Shown here one piece after another: positions 63,815-64,000 of a DNA stretch of 64,000 bases. Numbering within the stretch: position 1 is the first letter of the stretch; every line of letters begins with the position of its first letter. Origin of the DNA: Callorhinchus milii (lineage: Eukaryota); assembly GCF_018977255.1 (NCBI RefSeq), contig NW_024704743.1, forward strand, positions 91,886,001-91,950,000, in the 5' to 3' direction. The position numbers and the translations under genes are program-made. Below the pieces are notes generated by a model that was not told the DNA's origin, searched no databases, and saw only the letters and a program-made list of their open reading frames with translations.

Positions 63815-64000
63815 AGCGTCCTGTAGCTTAATGGTTAGAGGGCTCGCCTCGCAAGCAAGAGGATTTCTGTTACAAATGTTGGGCAAGTTTCTTTACTCCA
63901 CATGCCTCTGTTTACCTAGCAGTAAGTAGAAACATGTCAGTCGATTGGCAGATTGCTTTTCTGGAGGTAATAATCCCTTCAAAAAAAAATAATAATTTGG
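63815..64000 (+). mobile_element. Older long-form tRNA SINE, cut by the window end
   Basis: Head GTCCTGTAGCTTAATGGTTAGAG...CTCGCCTCGCAAG and the long internal block. Confidence 0.85.

Overview
This is repeat-dense, non-genic-looking vertebrate DNA with no recognisable intact protein-coding gene, rRNA, true tRNA or CRISPR array. The repeat set points to a cartilaginous fish, possibly a chimaera (inference). It includes L2 and CR1 LINE fragments, Deu-domain-type tRNA SINEs and an AmnSINE2-like SINE. The recognisable ORFs in the track are read-throughs of LINE or SINE sequence; the rest match nothing I recognise. Main observations: (1) the 5' LTR and an 18-nt tRNA-Gln primer-binding site of a provirus that runs off the left edge; (2) an unrelated solo LTR with a 4-bp target-site duplication (TSD) near the right edge; (3) a young tRNA SINE subfamily sharing its 3' stem-loop with one L2 subfamily; (4) an unclassified interspersed repeat ('family X') with about 8 pieces and a common A-rich 3' end; (5) nested insertions giving relative ages; (6) palindromic MITE-like elements. 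Family names rest on motif recall, not database searches, and boundaries of old repeats are approximate.
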